Origin: Vicinamibacteria bacterium
GTDB lineage: Bacteria; Acidobacteriota; Vicinamibacteria; Marinacidobacterales; Marinacidobacteraceae
NCBI GenBank assembly: GCA_963422395.1
Contig: OY729431.1
Span: forward strand, 1,716,680 to 1,780,679
DNA length: 64,000 nucleotides
Reading direction: 5' to 3'
A model generated the notes under the pieces. It made no database searches. It was not told the origin of the DNA and saw only the letters and a program-made list of their open reading frames with translations. The position numbers and the translations under genes were made by a program. Of this stretch, positions 11,400 through 21,400 are shown in pieces. Each line of letters begins with the position of its first letter. Position 1 is the stretch's first letter.

Positions 11400-11478
11400 G
11401 GACAGAAGTGTAACGAGACGGCGGAAGCGTTAGGCAATTCCTGTGCCACTGACAGCGAAGAGGTTCCGCGGCAGCGAG

Positions 11479-14400
11479 TTACCGCCCCGACGACGACCGG
11501 AGTTCCAGGGCATCCCGCGCGTAGGGCGTCAGAGGAACGCCGTCGAGCAGGACCGATCGCGGACCGAGCAGCCGTGCCGCTTCGAGCACGAGCTCGTCGG
11601 TGGCCCCGACCGTGATCGCGGTTTCCAACACCGTTTCGCCCTGCGGGTGCCGAATGCGCAGGCGAAGGGGAACTTTTCCGGGATGCCGTTCGAGAAGCGC
11701 GTGGAGAGCCGCCTCCATTCTCTCGGGCTCGGTCACCAGGAGCTCCACCCGCCTCGCCGCCGTGAAGAGAGCGTCCGCCGCCAGCTGCACCCGGGAGGCG
11801 ACGATCTCGGCCTGCCCCGCTCTCCGGCCCCCGGTTTCCGGCTCCCGACCGCTATCCGCCTTGAACTGGCCGCTGACGAACACCGCGGGCTCGTCCTCGA
11901 TCGGCGGACAGTGCTCCCAGGTGTCCGGGAAGACGACGACGCCGATCGCTCCGGTCTCGTCCTCGACGGCGAAGTTGGCCATGGCGCGGCCGTCTCGGGT
12001 TTTTCGTTTGCGGACATTCCGGACGAGCCCGACCACGGTGACTCCCCCACTCTCGGTCGAGGATTGCACATCCTGAACCGCGCCGGTCACGAGCGCTCCC
12101 GCTGCCTTGCGCAACGAGGTCGCCGGATGTCCGCGCCAATAGAACCCGAGCGCTTTGCGTTCGCGGTGCAGACGTTCGGCGTCCGCCCAGTCGGGCACCT
12201 CCGGGAAGCGGTCCCGGGGGATTTCGCACCTGCCCCCGAAGAGAGACAGGGCCCCTCCCTCCCGGCGGCTGCGGGCCCGGTTCGCGGCTTCGAGCGCCCG
12301 GGGGATCGATTCGAAGATCCGGGCGCGGGATATCTTCAGAAAATCGAAGGCTCCGGCACATACCAGCGCTTCGACCACCCCGCGGTTGAGGGATCCGGGT
12401 TCGACCTCTTCGGCGAAGTGGGAGAGGGACTCGAAGCGGCCGCAGCCTCGGCGCGCCTCCTCGATCGCCCGGGCAGCACGGCTTCCGACCTGCTTGACCA
12501 CAGCGAGCCCGTAGCGGATGCCCTCCCCCTCGACGGCGGCCTCGGCGCGGCTCTTCTGCACATCCGGCGGATAGATGGGAACCCCCTGCGCTTCGGCCGC
12601 AGCGCGGATGCGGGCGATCCGGTCGTCCCGGTCGCCCGCGCGCTGCTGCGCAGTGAGCAGCGAAGCGAGGAAGTGCCGCGGGAAGTGGGTTTTCAGCCAG
12701 CCTGCCACATAGGCGATCAGCGCATAGCCCACGGCGTGGGAGCGGTTGAAGCCGTACCCCGCGAACTTGGCGATCTGCTGGAAGGTCTCCTGCGCCAGCT
12801 TCCGGCGGAGCCCATTCGCCACCGCGCCTTCGACGAAGCGCCCCTCCTCGCTGCGCATGGCTTCGGGGTCCTTCTTCCCCATCGCCTTTCTGAGGATGTC
12901 GGCCTTTCCGAGCGTATAGCCGGCGAGCTTCTGCGCCGCGAGCATCACCTGCTCCTGATACACGATCAGGCCCCGCGTTTCCGGAAAGAGCTCGCGCACC
13001 TCACGGTCGAGTTTCTTCGAGAACCCGTCTTTCCGCTTCGCCCGAAGGAAGTCCTCGGTCATCCCGCTTTCGAGCGGGCCCGGCCGGAAGAGCGCGTTGA
13101 GCGCCGCCAGGTCGTCCAGGTTCTCCGGATGGTACCCGGAGAGCAGGTCGCGCATTCCGTCGCTTTCGAACTGGAAGATCCCATCGGTATCGGCCCGGGA
13201 GAACAGCTCGAAAACGGCCGGGTCGGGGGGCACCTTCTCGAACCGGCCCCTGCGGATCAGAGCGAGCGCCTCCTGCTGCCCGGCGGTCCTGACGAGGTCG
13301 GGGTCCTCTTCGATCCGCTGGGCGCAGTCCTCGATGTGGGTCAGCGCCCGCAGGCCGAGGAAGTCCATCTTGAAGAGCCCGACGGCCTCGCAGTCCTTCA
13401 TGTCGTACTGCGTCCGCCGACGCTGCGCTCCCGCTCCGCCGTTCTCCGACGCGCCGTTTCTGCCTGCGCCGGCGGCGCCGCGCCCCTCCACATCCCGTTC
13501 GAGCGGCAGGATTTCTTCGAGGGGCTGGGGCGCGATCACGACTCCGGCGGCGTGGGTGCCGATAGAGCGCGGCAGGCCCTCGAGCCGCGCCGCGATCTCG
13601 AATAGCCGGCCCAGCTCCGGATCCCGCCGAGCCTCCCTGAGCCTCGGCGCCTGGGTGAGCGCCTCCTCGAGGCTCGCCCCCTCGGGAATCGTCTTGGCGA
13701 GCTGATCCACCCGCGCCGCCGGCAGTTCGAGCATTCGCCCCACATCCCGGATCGCCATCTTCGCCTGCATCGTCGAGAGGGTCATGATCTGGGCCACCCG
13801 GTCGCTGCCGTAGCGCTCGGCCACATAGTCCAGCACTTCCTCGCGGCGAACCTCGCAGAAATCCACATCGATGTCCGGCGGACTCACCCGGTCGCGATTC
13901 AGGAAGCGCTCGAACAGCAGTCCGTGAGGGAGCGGATCGATGTCGGTGATCCCGAGCGCGTAGGCGACGAGGCTGCCCGCGGCCGAACCCCGGCCCGGAC
14001 CCACCGGGATCCGCCGATCGCGGGAGAAGCGCACGAAATCCTGCACGATCAGGAAATAGGCCGAATATCCCGTCTTGCGGATCACCTCCAGCTCCATCTG
14101 GAGCCGCGCCTCGTAATCGGCGGCCGGTGGACGCTGGCCGTGCACTTCAGGAGAGCGAAGCCGCTCGACGAGGCCGCTCCGGGCGCTCTCCTCGAAATGG
14201 ACGTCGAGCGTCTTCCCCTCGGGCGCCTGGAAATCCGGCAGAAGGTTTCTCCCCTCGACGAGATCCCAGGACTCGACCGCTTCGGCGATCTCCACCGTGT
14301 TCCGATATGCCTCCGAGCAGCCCTCGAAGAGGGCCTCCATCTGCTCCGAGGTCTTGAAGAAGAACTGATCCGAATCGAACTTCAGCCGCCGGGTTTCCGA

Positions 14401-15126
14401 GACCTTTTCGTTGACGCTGATGCAAAGGCGCAGATCGTGGGCGGAGACATCCCCAGGGGCGGCGTAATGCGAATCGTTCGTCCCCACCAGCGGGATACCG
14501 GTCTTCCGCGAGACCTCGACCAGTCCTTCCCGAATCTGCCGTTCGAGCTCCGTCAGGCGCGCCGCCTTCTCGCCGCTCCCGTTCGCCGGGGTGTGGTCCA
14601 TGAGCTCCAGGTAGTAGTTGCCCTTGCCGAAGACCTCCTGGTACCGCCCCGCAGCCTCGACCGGATCCCCGCCGGAGACGATCTCTCGCGGCACGATGCC
14701 CTTGGGGCAGGCGGAGAGGGCGATGAGCCCCTCGTGATGCGCTTCGAGCAGCTCGAAATCCATCCGCGGCTTGTAGTAATACCCCTCGTGGTGAGCGATC
14801 GAACTGAGCCGCATGAGGTTTCGGTATCCGGTCCGGTTCTTCGCCAGCAGCACCAGATGTTGGTTGTCGGCGTCCCGATTGCGGTCGCGGCGGCTCTTCG
14901 GCGCCACATACGCCTCACATCCGAGGATGGGCTTCACCCCGGCGTTCTGCGCCGCGCGGTGGAACTTGATCGCGCCGAAGAGATTGCCGTGGTCGGTGAT
15001 CGCCACCGCCGGCATCCCGTCGCGGGCAGCGATCTCGGTGATCTCCCCGAGACGGCTCATGCCGTCGAGCAGCGAATACTCGGTATGGGTGTGGAGGTGG
15101 ACGAAAGGACGCCGGGCGCCGCTCAC
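11479..15126 (-). CDS. dnaE: DNA polymerase III alpha subunit
   Basis: 1215 aa with a PHP domain at the N-terminus (HLHTHTEYSLLDG) and canonical DnaE motifs throughout. Confidence 0.95.
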   Translation of the reverse strand: MSGARRPFVHLHTHTEYSLLDGMSRLGEITEIAARDGMPAVAITDHGNLFGAIKFHRAAQNAGVKPILGCEAYVAPKSRRDRNRDADNQHLVLLAKNRTGYRNLMRLSSIAHHEGYYYKPRMDFELLEAHHEGLIALSACPKGIVPREIVSGGDPVEAAGRYQEVFGKGNYYLELMDHTPANGSGEKAARLTELERQIREGLVEVSRKTGIPLVGTNDSHYAAPGDVSAHDLRLCISVNEKVSETRRLKFDSDQFFFKTSEQMEALFEGCSEAYRNTVEIAEAVESWDLVEGRNLLPDFQAPEGKTLDVHFEESARSGLVERLRSPEVHGQRPPAADYEARLQMELEVIRKTGYSAYFLIVQDFVRFSRDRRIPVGPGRGSAAGSLVAYALGITDIDPLPHGLLFERFLNRDRVSPPDIDVDFCEVRREEVLDYVAERYGSDRVAQIMTLSTMQAKMAIRDVGRMLELPAARVDQLAKTIPEGASLEEALTQAPRLREARRDPELGRLFEIAARLEGLPRSIGTHAAGVVIAPQPLEEILPLERDVEGRGAAGAGRNGASENGGAGAQRRRTQYDMKDCEAVGLFKMDFLGLRALTHIEDCAQRIEEDPDLVRTAGQQEALALIRRGRFEKVPPDPAVFELFSRADTDGIFQFESDGMRDLLSGYHPENLDDLAALNALFRPGPLESGMTEDFLRAKRKDGFSKKLDREVRELFPETRGLIVYQEQVMLAAQKLAGYTLGKADILRKAMGKKDPEAMRSEEGRFVEGAVANGLRRKLAQETFQQIAKFAGYGFNRSHAVGYALIAYVAGWLKTHFPRHFLASLLTAQQRAGDRDDRIARIRAAAEAQGVPIYPPDVQKSRAEAAVEGEGIRYGLAVVKQVGSRAARAIEEARRGCGRFESLSHFAEEVEPGSLNRGVVEALVCAGAFDFLKISRARIFESIPRALEAANRARSRREGGALSLFGGRCEIPRDRFPEVPDWADAERLHRERKALGFYWRGHPATSLRKAAGALVTGAVQDVQSSTESGGVTVVGLVRNVRKRKTRDGRAMANFAVEDETGAIGVVVFPDTWEHCPPIEDEPAVFVSGQFKADSGREPETGGRRAGQAEIVASRVQLAADALFTAARRVELLVTEPERMEAALHALLERHPGKVPLRLRIRHPQGETVLETAITVGATDELVLEAARLLGPRSVLLDGVPLTPYARDALELRSSSGR

Positions 15127-15133
15127 CCGTGGT

Positions 15134-16693
15134 TCACTCCCATTCGATAGTGCCCGGAGGCTTCGGGGTGATGTCGAGGACCACGCGGTTCACCCCGCGC
15201 ACCTCGCCGGTGATGCGGTCCGAGATCCGGGCGAGCAGCTCGGTCGGCAGCGGCGCCCAGTCCGCGGTCATCCCGTCCCGGCTCGAAACGAGCCGCAGGG
15301 CGACGACCCGCTCGTAGGTCCGTCGGTCTCCCATCACTCCGACGGTCCGAAGCGGCAGCAGGACACAGAACGCCTGCCACAGACGGTCGTACCACCCACC
15401 GGCGCGGATTTCCTCTTCGAGGATAGCGTCCGCCTCGCGCAGCAGCGAGAGCCCCGCCGGCTCGACCGGCCCGAGAATCCGCACCGCGAATCCGGGGCCC
15501 GGGAACGGATGGCGGCCCACCAACGCCTCGGGGACACCGAGCTCCCGCCCCAGCGCGCGAACCTCGTCCTTGAACAGCTCGCGGAGCGGTTCGATCAGCC
15601 GGAGCCGCATCCGCTTCGGCAGGCCGCCCACATTGTGGTGGCTCTTGATGACGGCGGAAGGGCCCTTCACCGAAACGCTCTCGATGACATCGGGGTAGAG
15701 GGTTCCCTGCGCGAGGAATCGGACTCCCGAGAGTTGGCGGGCGGCTTCCTCGAAGACCCGGATGAACTCCCGCCCGATGACCTTGCGCTTCCGCTCCGGG
15801 CTCCGGACCCGCGCGAGGCGGGCCAGGAACCGTTCCGAGGCGTCCACCACCTCGAGGGGAATCCCGAGCCCTGCCTCGAAAGCGGCTCGCACCGAGCCAG
15901 CCTCGCCCTTCCGCAGCAGACCGTGGTCCACGAAGATGCAGCGGAGCTGGTCGCCGACCGCTCGGTGCACGAGCGCGGCGGTCACCGTCGAGTCCACTCC
16001 GCCCGAGGCGCCGCAGACCACCCGGTCCGATCCGACCTCTTCGCGGATCGCCGCCGCGGTGCGTTCGGCATGCGACTTCGGTGACCAGCCGCCCCGGGCG
16101 CCGCAAACTCGAAAGGCGAAGTTCGCGAGGATCGCCTTCCCGTGCTCGGTGTGCGCCACTTCCGGGTGGAACTGGACTCCGTAGAGTCCGCGCTCCGGGT
16201 TTTCGAAGGCGGCGATCGGCGCCGGCGGCGTTCCCGCGGTGCCCCGAAAGCCCTCCGGGAGGGCTTCGACGAGGTCCCCGTGGCTCGCCCAGACACGAAG
16301 GCGCCGCGGCACTCCGGCGAAGAGGCGGCCTTCGCCGGTGTGTTCCAGCTCGGCGGGGCCATAGGAGCGGCGCGGCGCGGGGCGGACATCGCCTCCCGAG
16401 TCGCGGGCGAGGAGCTGCATTCCATAGCAAACTCCGAGCAGCGGCGCCCGCGCGTCGAGGATCCCTTTCGGTGCCGGGGGCGCCTCTTCGCCGTACACGC
16501 TCTCGGGGCCGCCGGAAAGGATCACCCCCAGCGGGTTCCGCTCGTGGATCCGGGCCGCGGGAGTCGAACAGGGCAGGATTTCGCAATACACGCCCAGTTC
16601 TCGGAAACGCCGGGCGATGAGCTGGGTGTACTGCGATCCGAAGTCGAGGACGAGCAGGAGTTCCGGCGCGGGTCCGGCCGCTGCCATGGTCAA
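15134..16693 (-). CDS. guaA: GMP synthase (glutamine-hydrolysing)
   Basis: GATase domain plus an ATP pyrophosphatase domain (SGGVDSTV). The C-terminus IEWE is typical. Confidence 0.95.
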   Translation of the reverse strand: MTMAAAGPAPELLLVLDFGSQYTQLIARRFRELGVYCEILPCSTPAARIHERNPLGVILSGGPESVYGEEAPPAPKGILDARAPLLGVCYGMQLLARDSGGDVRPAPRRSYGPAELEHTGEGRLFAGVPRRLRVWASHGDLVEALPEGFRGTAGTPPAPIAAFENPERGLYGVQFHPEVAHTEHGKAILANFAFRVCGARGGWSPKSHAERTAAAIREEVGSDRVVCGASGGVDSTVTAALVHRAVGDQLRCIFVDHGLLRKGEAGSVRAAFEAGLGIPLEVVDASERFLARLARVRSPERKRKVIGREFIRVFEEAARQLSGVRFLAQGTLYPDVIESVSVKGPSAVIKSHHNVGGLPKRMRLRLIEPLRELFKDEVRALGRELGVPEALVGRHPFPGPGFAVRILGPVEPAGLSLLREADAILEEEIRAGGWYDRLWQAFCVLLPLRTVGVMGDRRTYERVVALRLVSSRDGMTADWAPLPTELLARISDRITGEVRGVNRVVLDITPKPPGTIEWE

Positions 16694-16862
16694 CGAAGGG
16701 CGCCCGTCTGGCTGCCCGGTCCCATTCTCGGTACCCGGAACCGACAGCAGGGAGTGGGCCGGGACATCCTCCGAATCCTAACGAGACGAAGGGCCGGCCA
16801 TCTCCGATAGATCGTCGGCAGATCGTCGGGGCGTCAGCTCTCTCGATCGTCAGGCTCGATCG

Positions 16863-18416
16863 TCAGGGCTCTCCGCCACCGCCGATCCGAGGCCCCAGAA
16901 TGGCCAGCCGCCCGTCCCGCAACCCGAGATAGAGCCGTCGCGCCATCCACCCGGCTTCGCCCGGCTCGTCCGCTCTGCGGCGCACCACCCCCGTGACTTC
17001 CGCTTCGAGCTCGTGGGGAAGGCCGATCCTCGCTCCGGTGTTCGCGTCGATCTCGACCAGGATCCCGTCTCGGGTAACGACCAGGAGCGCCCCCGCAACC
17101 CGGATCGGCGGCGCTGCGGGCCTTCCCGGAAGGGCAGCCCGCCAGCGTTCACCGCCGCCTTTTTCGTCATGGCAGTAGAGGGTGTTCGCCTCGGTAGCGG
17201 CATAGAGCCGCGAACGGCTCGCGAGCGGCGGATGGTGAAAACCCTCGGCGAGGCGCCAGCGCCAGCGCCGCCGGCCGGTCTCCAGATCGAGCGCGTGGAG
17301 GTCGCCGCCGGCGTCCCCGAAGATCGCGAGACGCGTTTTCGGCAGCGCCAGAATCGGCCCGCTCACTCGTCCGGTGTCCGAGAAATGCCAGCGGAGCGGG
17401 TTGGCCGCCTTCCCGGGCAGGGGGACGATCGACGCCACCCCGGCGTCTCCGAGCGAGACGAGAAGTCGAGGCACTCCGCGTCCGCCGCCGCCCGCACCCA
17501 CGGAGAGCGGCAGCGGCACCGGGACCATCGCCGCCGACTCCCCTCCTGGAAGCGCGTACTCCGGGATCCGAGCGCCGGATGCGAGATCGATCCCCTGGAA
17601 ACTCCCTCCGGCGACCCAGTAGAGCGCCCCCCCCGAGACCGCCGCGGGAACCGGGATCGGGAGCGCCGGTCCCGCCTTCCCGGCCGAGCCGGCAGCCGGG
17701 CGCGCTGGGAAGCGGCCTTTCGGCATCCCGTCGGTCAGCCCTCGGAGCGTCACTTCGCCGCGAGGATCGAGGATCACCAGGTGCCCGCCATGTTCTCCGA
17801 GGAATGCGGCGCTCCCTCTCGAGAGGCCCCACCGCGCGCGTTCCGCGTCGGCTGTGTAGGCGACGAGCGTTCCGTCGCCGGTGTGGGCGGCGAACCCCGC
17901 CGCACCGAACACCAGGCCGACTACCGGACTTCCGGGAGACGGCGCAGGGCTGGCCACCCAGCGGCCGGGCAGGATGCCCCGCGGAGCGGAGGTGAGGTCG
18001 GGCGTCGAGCCGCGCTCGGCCTCGCCGGGGTCTCCAGAATCCTCTTCTCCTTCGCCCCCGCCCTCGGTCGCAGGCGGCTCCCCGCTCTCGGTCGGAGGCT
18101 GCTCCTCACCCTCGGGCGGAAGCGGCTCCCCACCCTCGGTCGGCGGCGGCCCCTCACCCTCGATCGGAGGCTGCTCCTCACCCTCCGTCGGAGGCTGCTC
18201 CCCGGGGGGCCGTTCCGGCGGCTGCCTCCGCCCGAAAGCCGCCAGACCTGCCGCATCTACTGGGGCACCCGGAATGAGCGAAACCGCGAGCACTGCGGCA
18301 GGGGCGGCGGCAAGCGAAGGAAAGAGAGCGAGGAGCCGGCAGAAGGAAGAAATGGGCACCTCGCGCTTCGCGTCTTCGGGTCCGCCGAACCTGCGCCCGC
18401 CCCCCGATCTTCGCAT
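16863..18416 (-). CDS. Secreted PQQ-like beta-propeller repeat protein (BamB-like) with Pro/Glu-rich tandem-repeat linker
   Basis: Signal-like N-terminus, a PPTEGEEQP repeat region, then repeated propeller blades (GxLYxxxxDGxLxALD pattern). Confidence 0.6.
   Translation of the reverse strand: MRRSGGGRRFGGPEDAKREVPISSFCRLLALFPSLAAAPAAVLAVSLIPGAPVDAAGLAAFGRRQPPERPPGEQPPTEGEEQPPIEGEGPPPTEGGEPLPPEGEEQPPTESGEPPATEGGGEGEEDSGDPGEAERGSTPDLTSAPRGILPGRWVASPAPSPGSPVVGLVFGAAGFAAHTGDGTLVAYTADAERARWGLSRGSAAFLGEHGGHLVILDPRGEVTLRGLTDGMPKGRFPARPAAGSAGKAGPALPIPVPAAVSGGALYWVAGGSFQGIDLASGARIPEYALPGGESAAMVPVPLPLSVGAGGGGRGVPRLLVSLGDAGVASIVPLPGKAANPLRWHFSDTGRVSGPILALPKTRLAIFGDAGGDLHALDLETGRRRWRWRLAEGFHHPPLASRSRLYAATEANTLYCHDEKGGGERWRAALPGRPAAPPIRVAGALLVVTRDGILVEIDANTGARIGLPHELEAEVTGVVRRRADEPGEAGWMARRLYLGLRDGRLAILGPRIGGGGEP
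18055..18205. repeat. Approx. 27-bp tandem repeats (5-6 copies) inside the propeller gene, encoding the PPTEGEEQP linker
   Basis: A recurring ctcaccctcggtcggaggctgctc unit is visible in the DNA. Confidence 0.6.
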
Positions 18417-18472
18417 CGGGAAGATTCGGCGCGCCGACGGGCCGGGTCGGTACTGTAAGCCGCGGAAAGCCC

Positions 18473-21400
18473 ATGAAACCTGCAGCTCGTCGGAAACCGT
18501 CGTTCCTGGGCGTCCTGCACCGGCTCACCGTCTTCGGACTGTTCCTCGCGGCGCTCCTGGAAACCGGGAATCGTCTGGCCCTTTTCCCGGGGCCGGCGAT
18601 ATGGCTTCTGGCTGCCGGCGCCGCGGCCGCCGGCGCGCTCCCCTTCTCCCGCAGAACCGCCGCGGGCCCGAGCGAACGGCGCATCGCCCTGGCACTCGCC
18701 GGCGCCGCGCTGGTCGCGTTCGGCTGCCGACTCTCCCTCGGCCTCGAGGCCGCGTCCGGGCCGGAATCGGCGGCGCGGGCTGCCGACCGGGTGGACGCCT
18801 GGTTCGCGGAAGTCACTCGACAGATCGGGGACAGTGCCTATCTGCTCGCCAGGACGCCTCACATCGCCGCGGCGGTCGAGGGATCGGACGCCAGGGACTA
18901 CCGGGCGCGGGCGTTCGCAGTGCTTTCCGAATGGCCGCTCGCGACCGGAATCGATCCGGCCGGCGGGATCGGCCGCGCCGGCGCCACGCTCTACGACCGG
19001 AACCTGCGCCCGATCGCCTGGTCAGGCGGAAATCCGGACCTGGAAGGCACACTCGCCGGGTTCTTCCCCGAGGGGGTCCGGGCTGAGGACTGCCCGGACC
19101 CCGCGTTCCCCCTGTTTCTCTACACCGAACGGGGACGCCGCGGCTATCTGGCTGCCGCCGAGTGCACCCGCAACCTCCTGGGGCTGGTCACCGTCGAACT
19201 CCTGCTACTGGAGTCTCCGCCGCCCTCGTCCGGAGCGCCGGCGGTGTCCGCGCTCGAGACCGCCGCCCGCCGCGGGCTGGAGATCCAATTCCTCCGAGGC
19301 ACCGAGGACCCGGAAGGCCTCGCGCAACTGTTCGAGCGGCGCGGCGAGCGGTTCGTCGAGGGTTCTGCCGAGGCCCGGCGCTACTTCTTCGCGCTCGACG
19401 CTTACGACGGCCAACTCCTCGGGGCCGCGAGTACGGCAGTGGCGCCAGCGGCGGCGCGGCGAGCCGAGCAGCGGGCGGAAGCCCGATGGGTCGCAGCGCT
19501 CGCGCTGCTGATCGGAGGAGGCGCCGCCGCTCCGGCGCTGTGGAAGACCGGCTTCGCCGGCGCACTCCTCGCTCTCTGGACCACGCGGTTAGGTTTGGCC
19601 GCACTGGCCCAGGCGCTCCCCGCCGGATTCGCTCCCTCGCTGCTCCTGCCTTCCGGAGCGCCGCGGATCGTTCCCTTTCCCGGCATTTCCCTCCCCGGCC
19701 TGCCCCTGCCCGATCTCTACCTGCTGGACGATTCGCCGCTCGGGGCGATGCTCACCGCGGCGGCGCTCTTCCTCACGGTGCGCCTCTTCCAGCAGTGGCA
19801 TGGCGGGAAGCGGCGCGGCGGCCGGCCCGCTTCGATCCTGCGGGGGGCGGTTGCCGGCGCCGCCGCAGTCTGGGGCGCTGCCCTCGTCCGCGCCGCCGGC
19901 TCCGGCGCTCTCGTGCTCGCCCCCACCTGGCGGGTCGGGATCGGTTGGCCCGAGGTGCTCGGCTGGACCGCCCTGCTGCTCGCGCTGAGCGGAGCGGTGC
20001 TCCTCGTAGCCACCCTCCTCGCGCCCCGCGCCCCGGTTGCCTGGCCGGTCGTCCTCTCCGCCTTCGCGGTGGTCCTGGGGGCCGCGCTCTTCACCGAAGA
20101 CGACTCGCTCGGGTTCGCCGCCCTCCCGCTGGTGGTGGTCCTGGTGGGGCTTGGGCGCCGCGGACGGCTCGCGCTGCGGCGGCTCCGGCGCCCCCTGCTG
20201 CGAGAAGAACCAGGGTTCGCCTTCGTGATCGCCTTCGCGCTGCTGGCCCTGCCCCCGCTCCTCTGGTACCCGGCGATGCACTGGAGCGAGGAAGCGGCGC
20301 TCGACCGCTATGCCGCCGACGCCGCACCGGTTCAGATCCGGCGCCACCGACTGGCGGTCTGCCATGCGCTCGGCGAGGCGGCCCGTGCGCTCGACACCCA
20401 GCCTTCGAATCTGGAACCTCTCCGGCCCGAGACCGCCTATCGACTCTGGCTTGCGACCGGTCTCGCCCGACTCACCGCAGCGAGCGCGCTCGAAGTGCGC
20501 GGACCTGGCGGAGGCGTGTCCCGCTTCGGCGTCGGCCTGTCCCGGCGGCCGGATCCTCCCCCTTCCGATCTCGCCGGCCTCGACTGGAGCCCGATCCCGG
20601 ATTGCCAACGGGACGGCCCATTCCGCGAGGACACGATCCTTTCCACCCAGCGGCGTTTCGCCTCGGGCTCCCGAGTGACTCTTCGGGCGGCGGTCCGCAC
20701 TCGGGAGATTCCCTTCCTGCCGCAGCCGCCCGGCATCGCCGACCACTTCCTGAGCCGCGGCGACGCCGCCCCCGTGGTTTTCCAGGGGCGGGACCTCCGG
20801 CTGGCCCGCGGCGCTTCCGGAGAGCCGGCGCCGGGGCGAATCAGCGCAGAGGTCACGGTGGCCGGCGAACCCTTCCTCGTCTCCTGGCGCGCGACCCGGG
20901 CGGCCGACATCGCCGCGCGGCTGCTGGGCTGGGTGTTCCTCGCGGCGCTCGTCGCGCTCCTCGTCGCGCTCGCAGCGCGGCTCCGGCTGCTGGTTCCGGG
21001 ACCGGGGGGCCGCGTGCGCCGCCGCAGCTTCCAGATGCAGCTCACCGAAACGCTGGCGACGGCGGTTCTCGTCGCCATCTTCGGGCTCGTGCTCTTCACC
21101 CAGCAGCGTCTCTCCGGTCTGCTCGAAGCGGCGAGCGACCGCGAAGCGCTCGATCGTTCCCGCGCGGTTCAGCGAGTGGCCGGAGAGCTGGGAGGGCTCG
21201 ACTTCGCCGCCACCCCGGAAGAGCTCGCCTCGCGGCTCGCCCACGCCGCGGACCAGCTCGACACCGACGCCGCGCTCTATGCCGGGGGAGGGCTGATCGC
21301 GGTGAGCCGTCCCGAGCTGGTCCAGACCGGCCTCCTGCCTCCGCGGCCGCCGCCCGTTGCGGTGGGAGGGCGGCCGCCGCGGGCCCCGGTGTTCAGCTTC

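Noticed and set aside
11479-15126. Approx. 25-aa Gly/Ala/Arg-rich insertion in DnaE (RDVEGRGAAGAGRNGASENGGAGAQRRRT) before the conserved QYDM...GLFKMDFLGLR segment
   Set aside because: Probably a lineage-specific low-complexity loop. No evidence of an intein or frameshift.
15123-16586. 487-aa antisense ORF inside guaA and similar long antisense ORFs (37081..40125, 37310..39709 against the DUF349 gene; 33275..34807 against gdh; 9241..10725)
   Set aside because: Low-complexity Arg/Pro/Gly-rich products opposite well-supported genes. An expected artefact of high GC.
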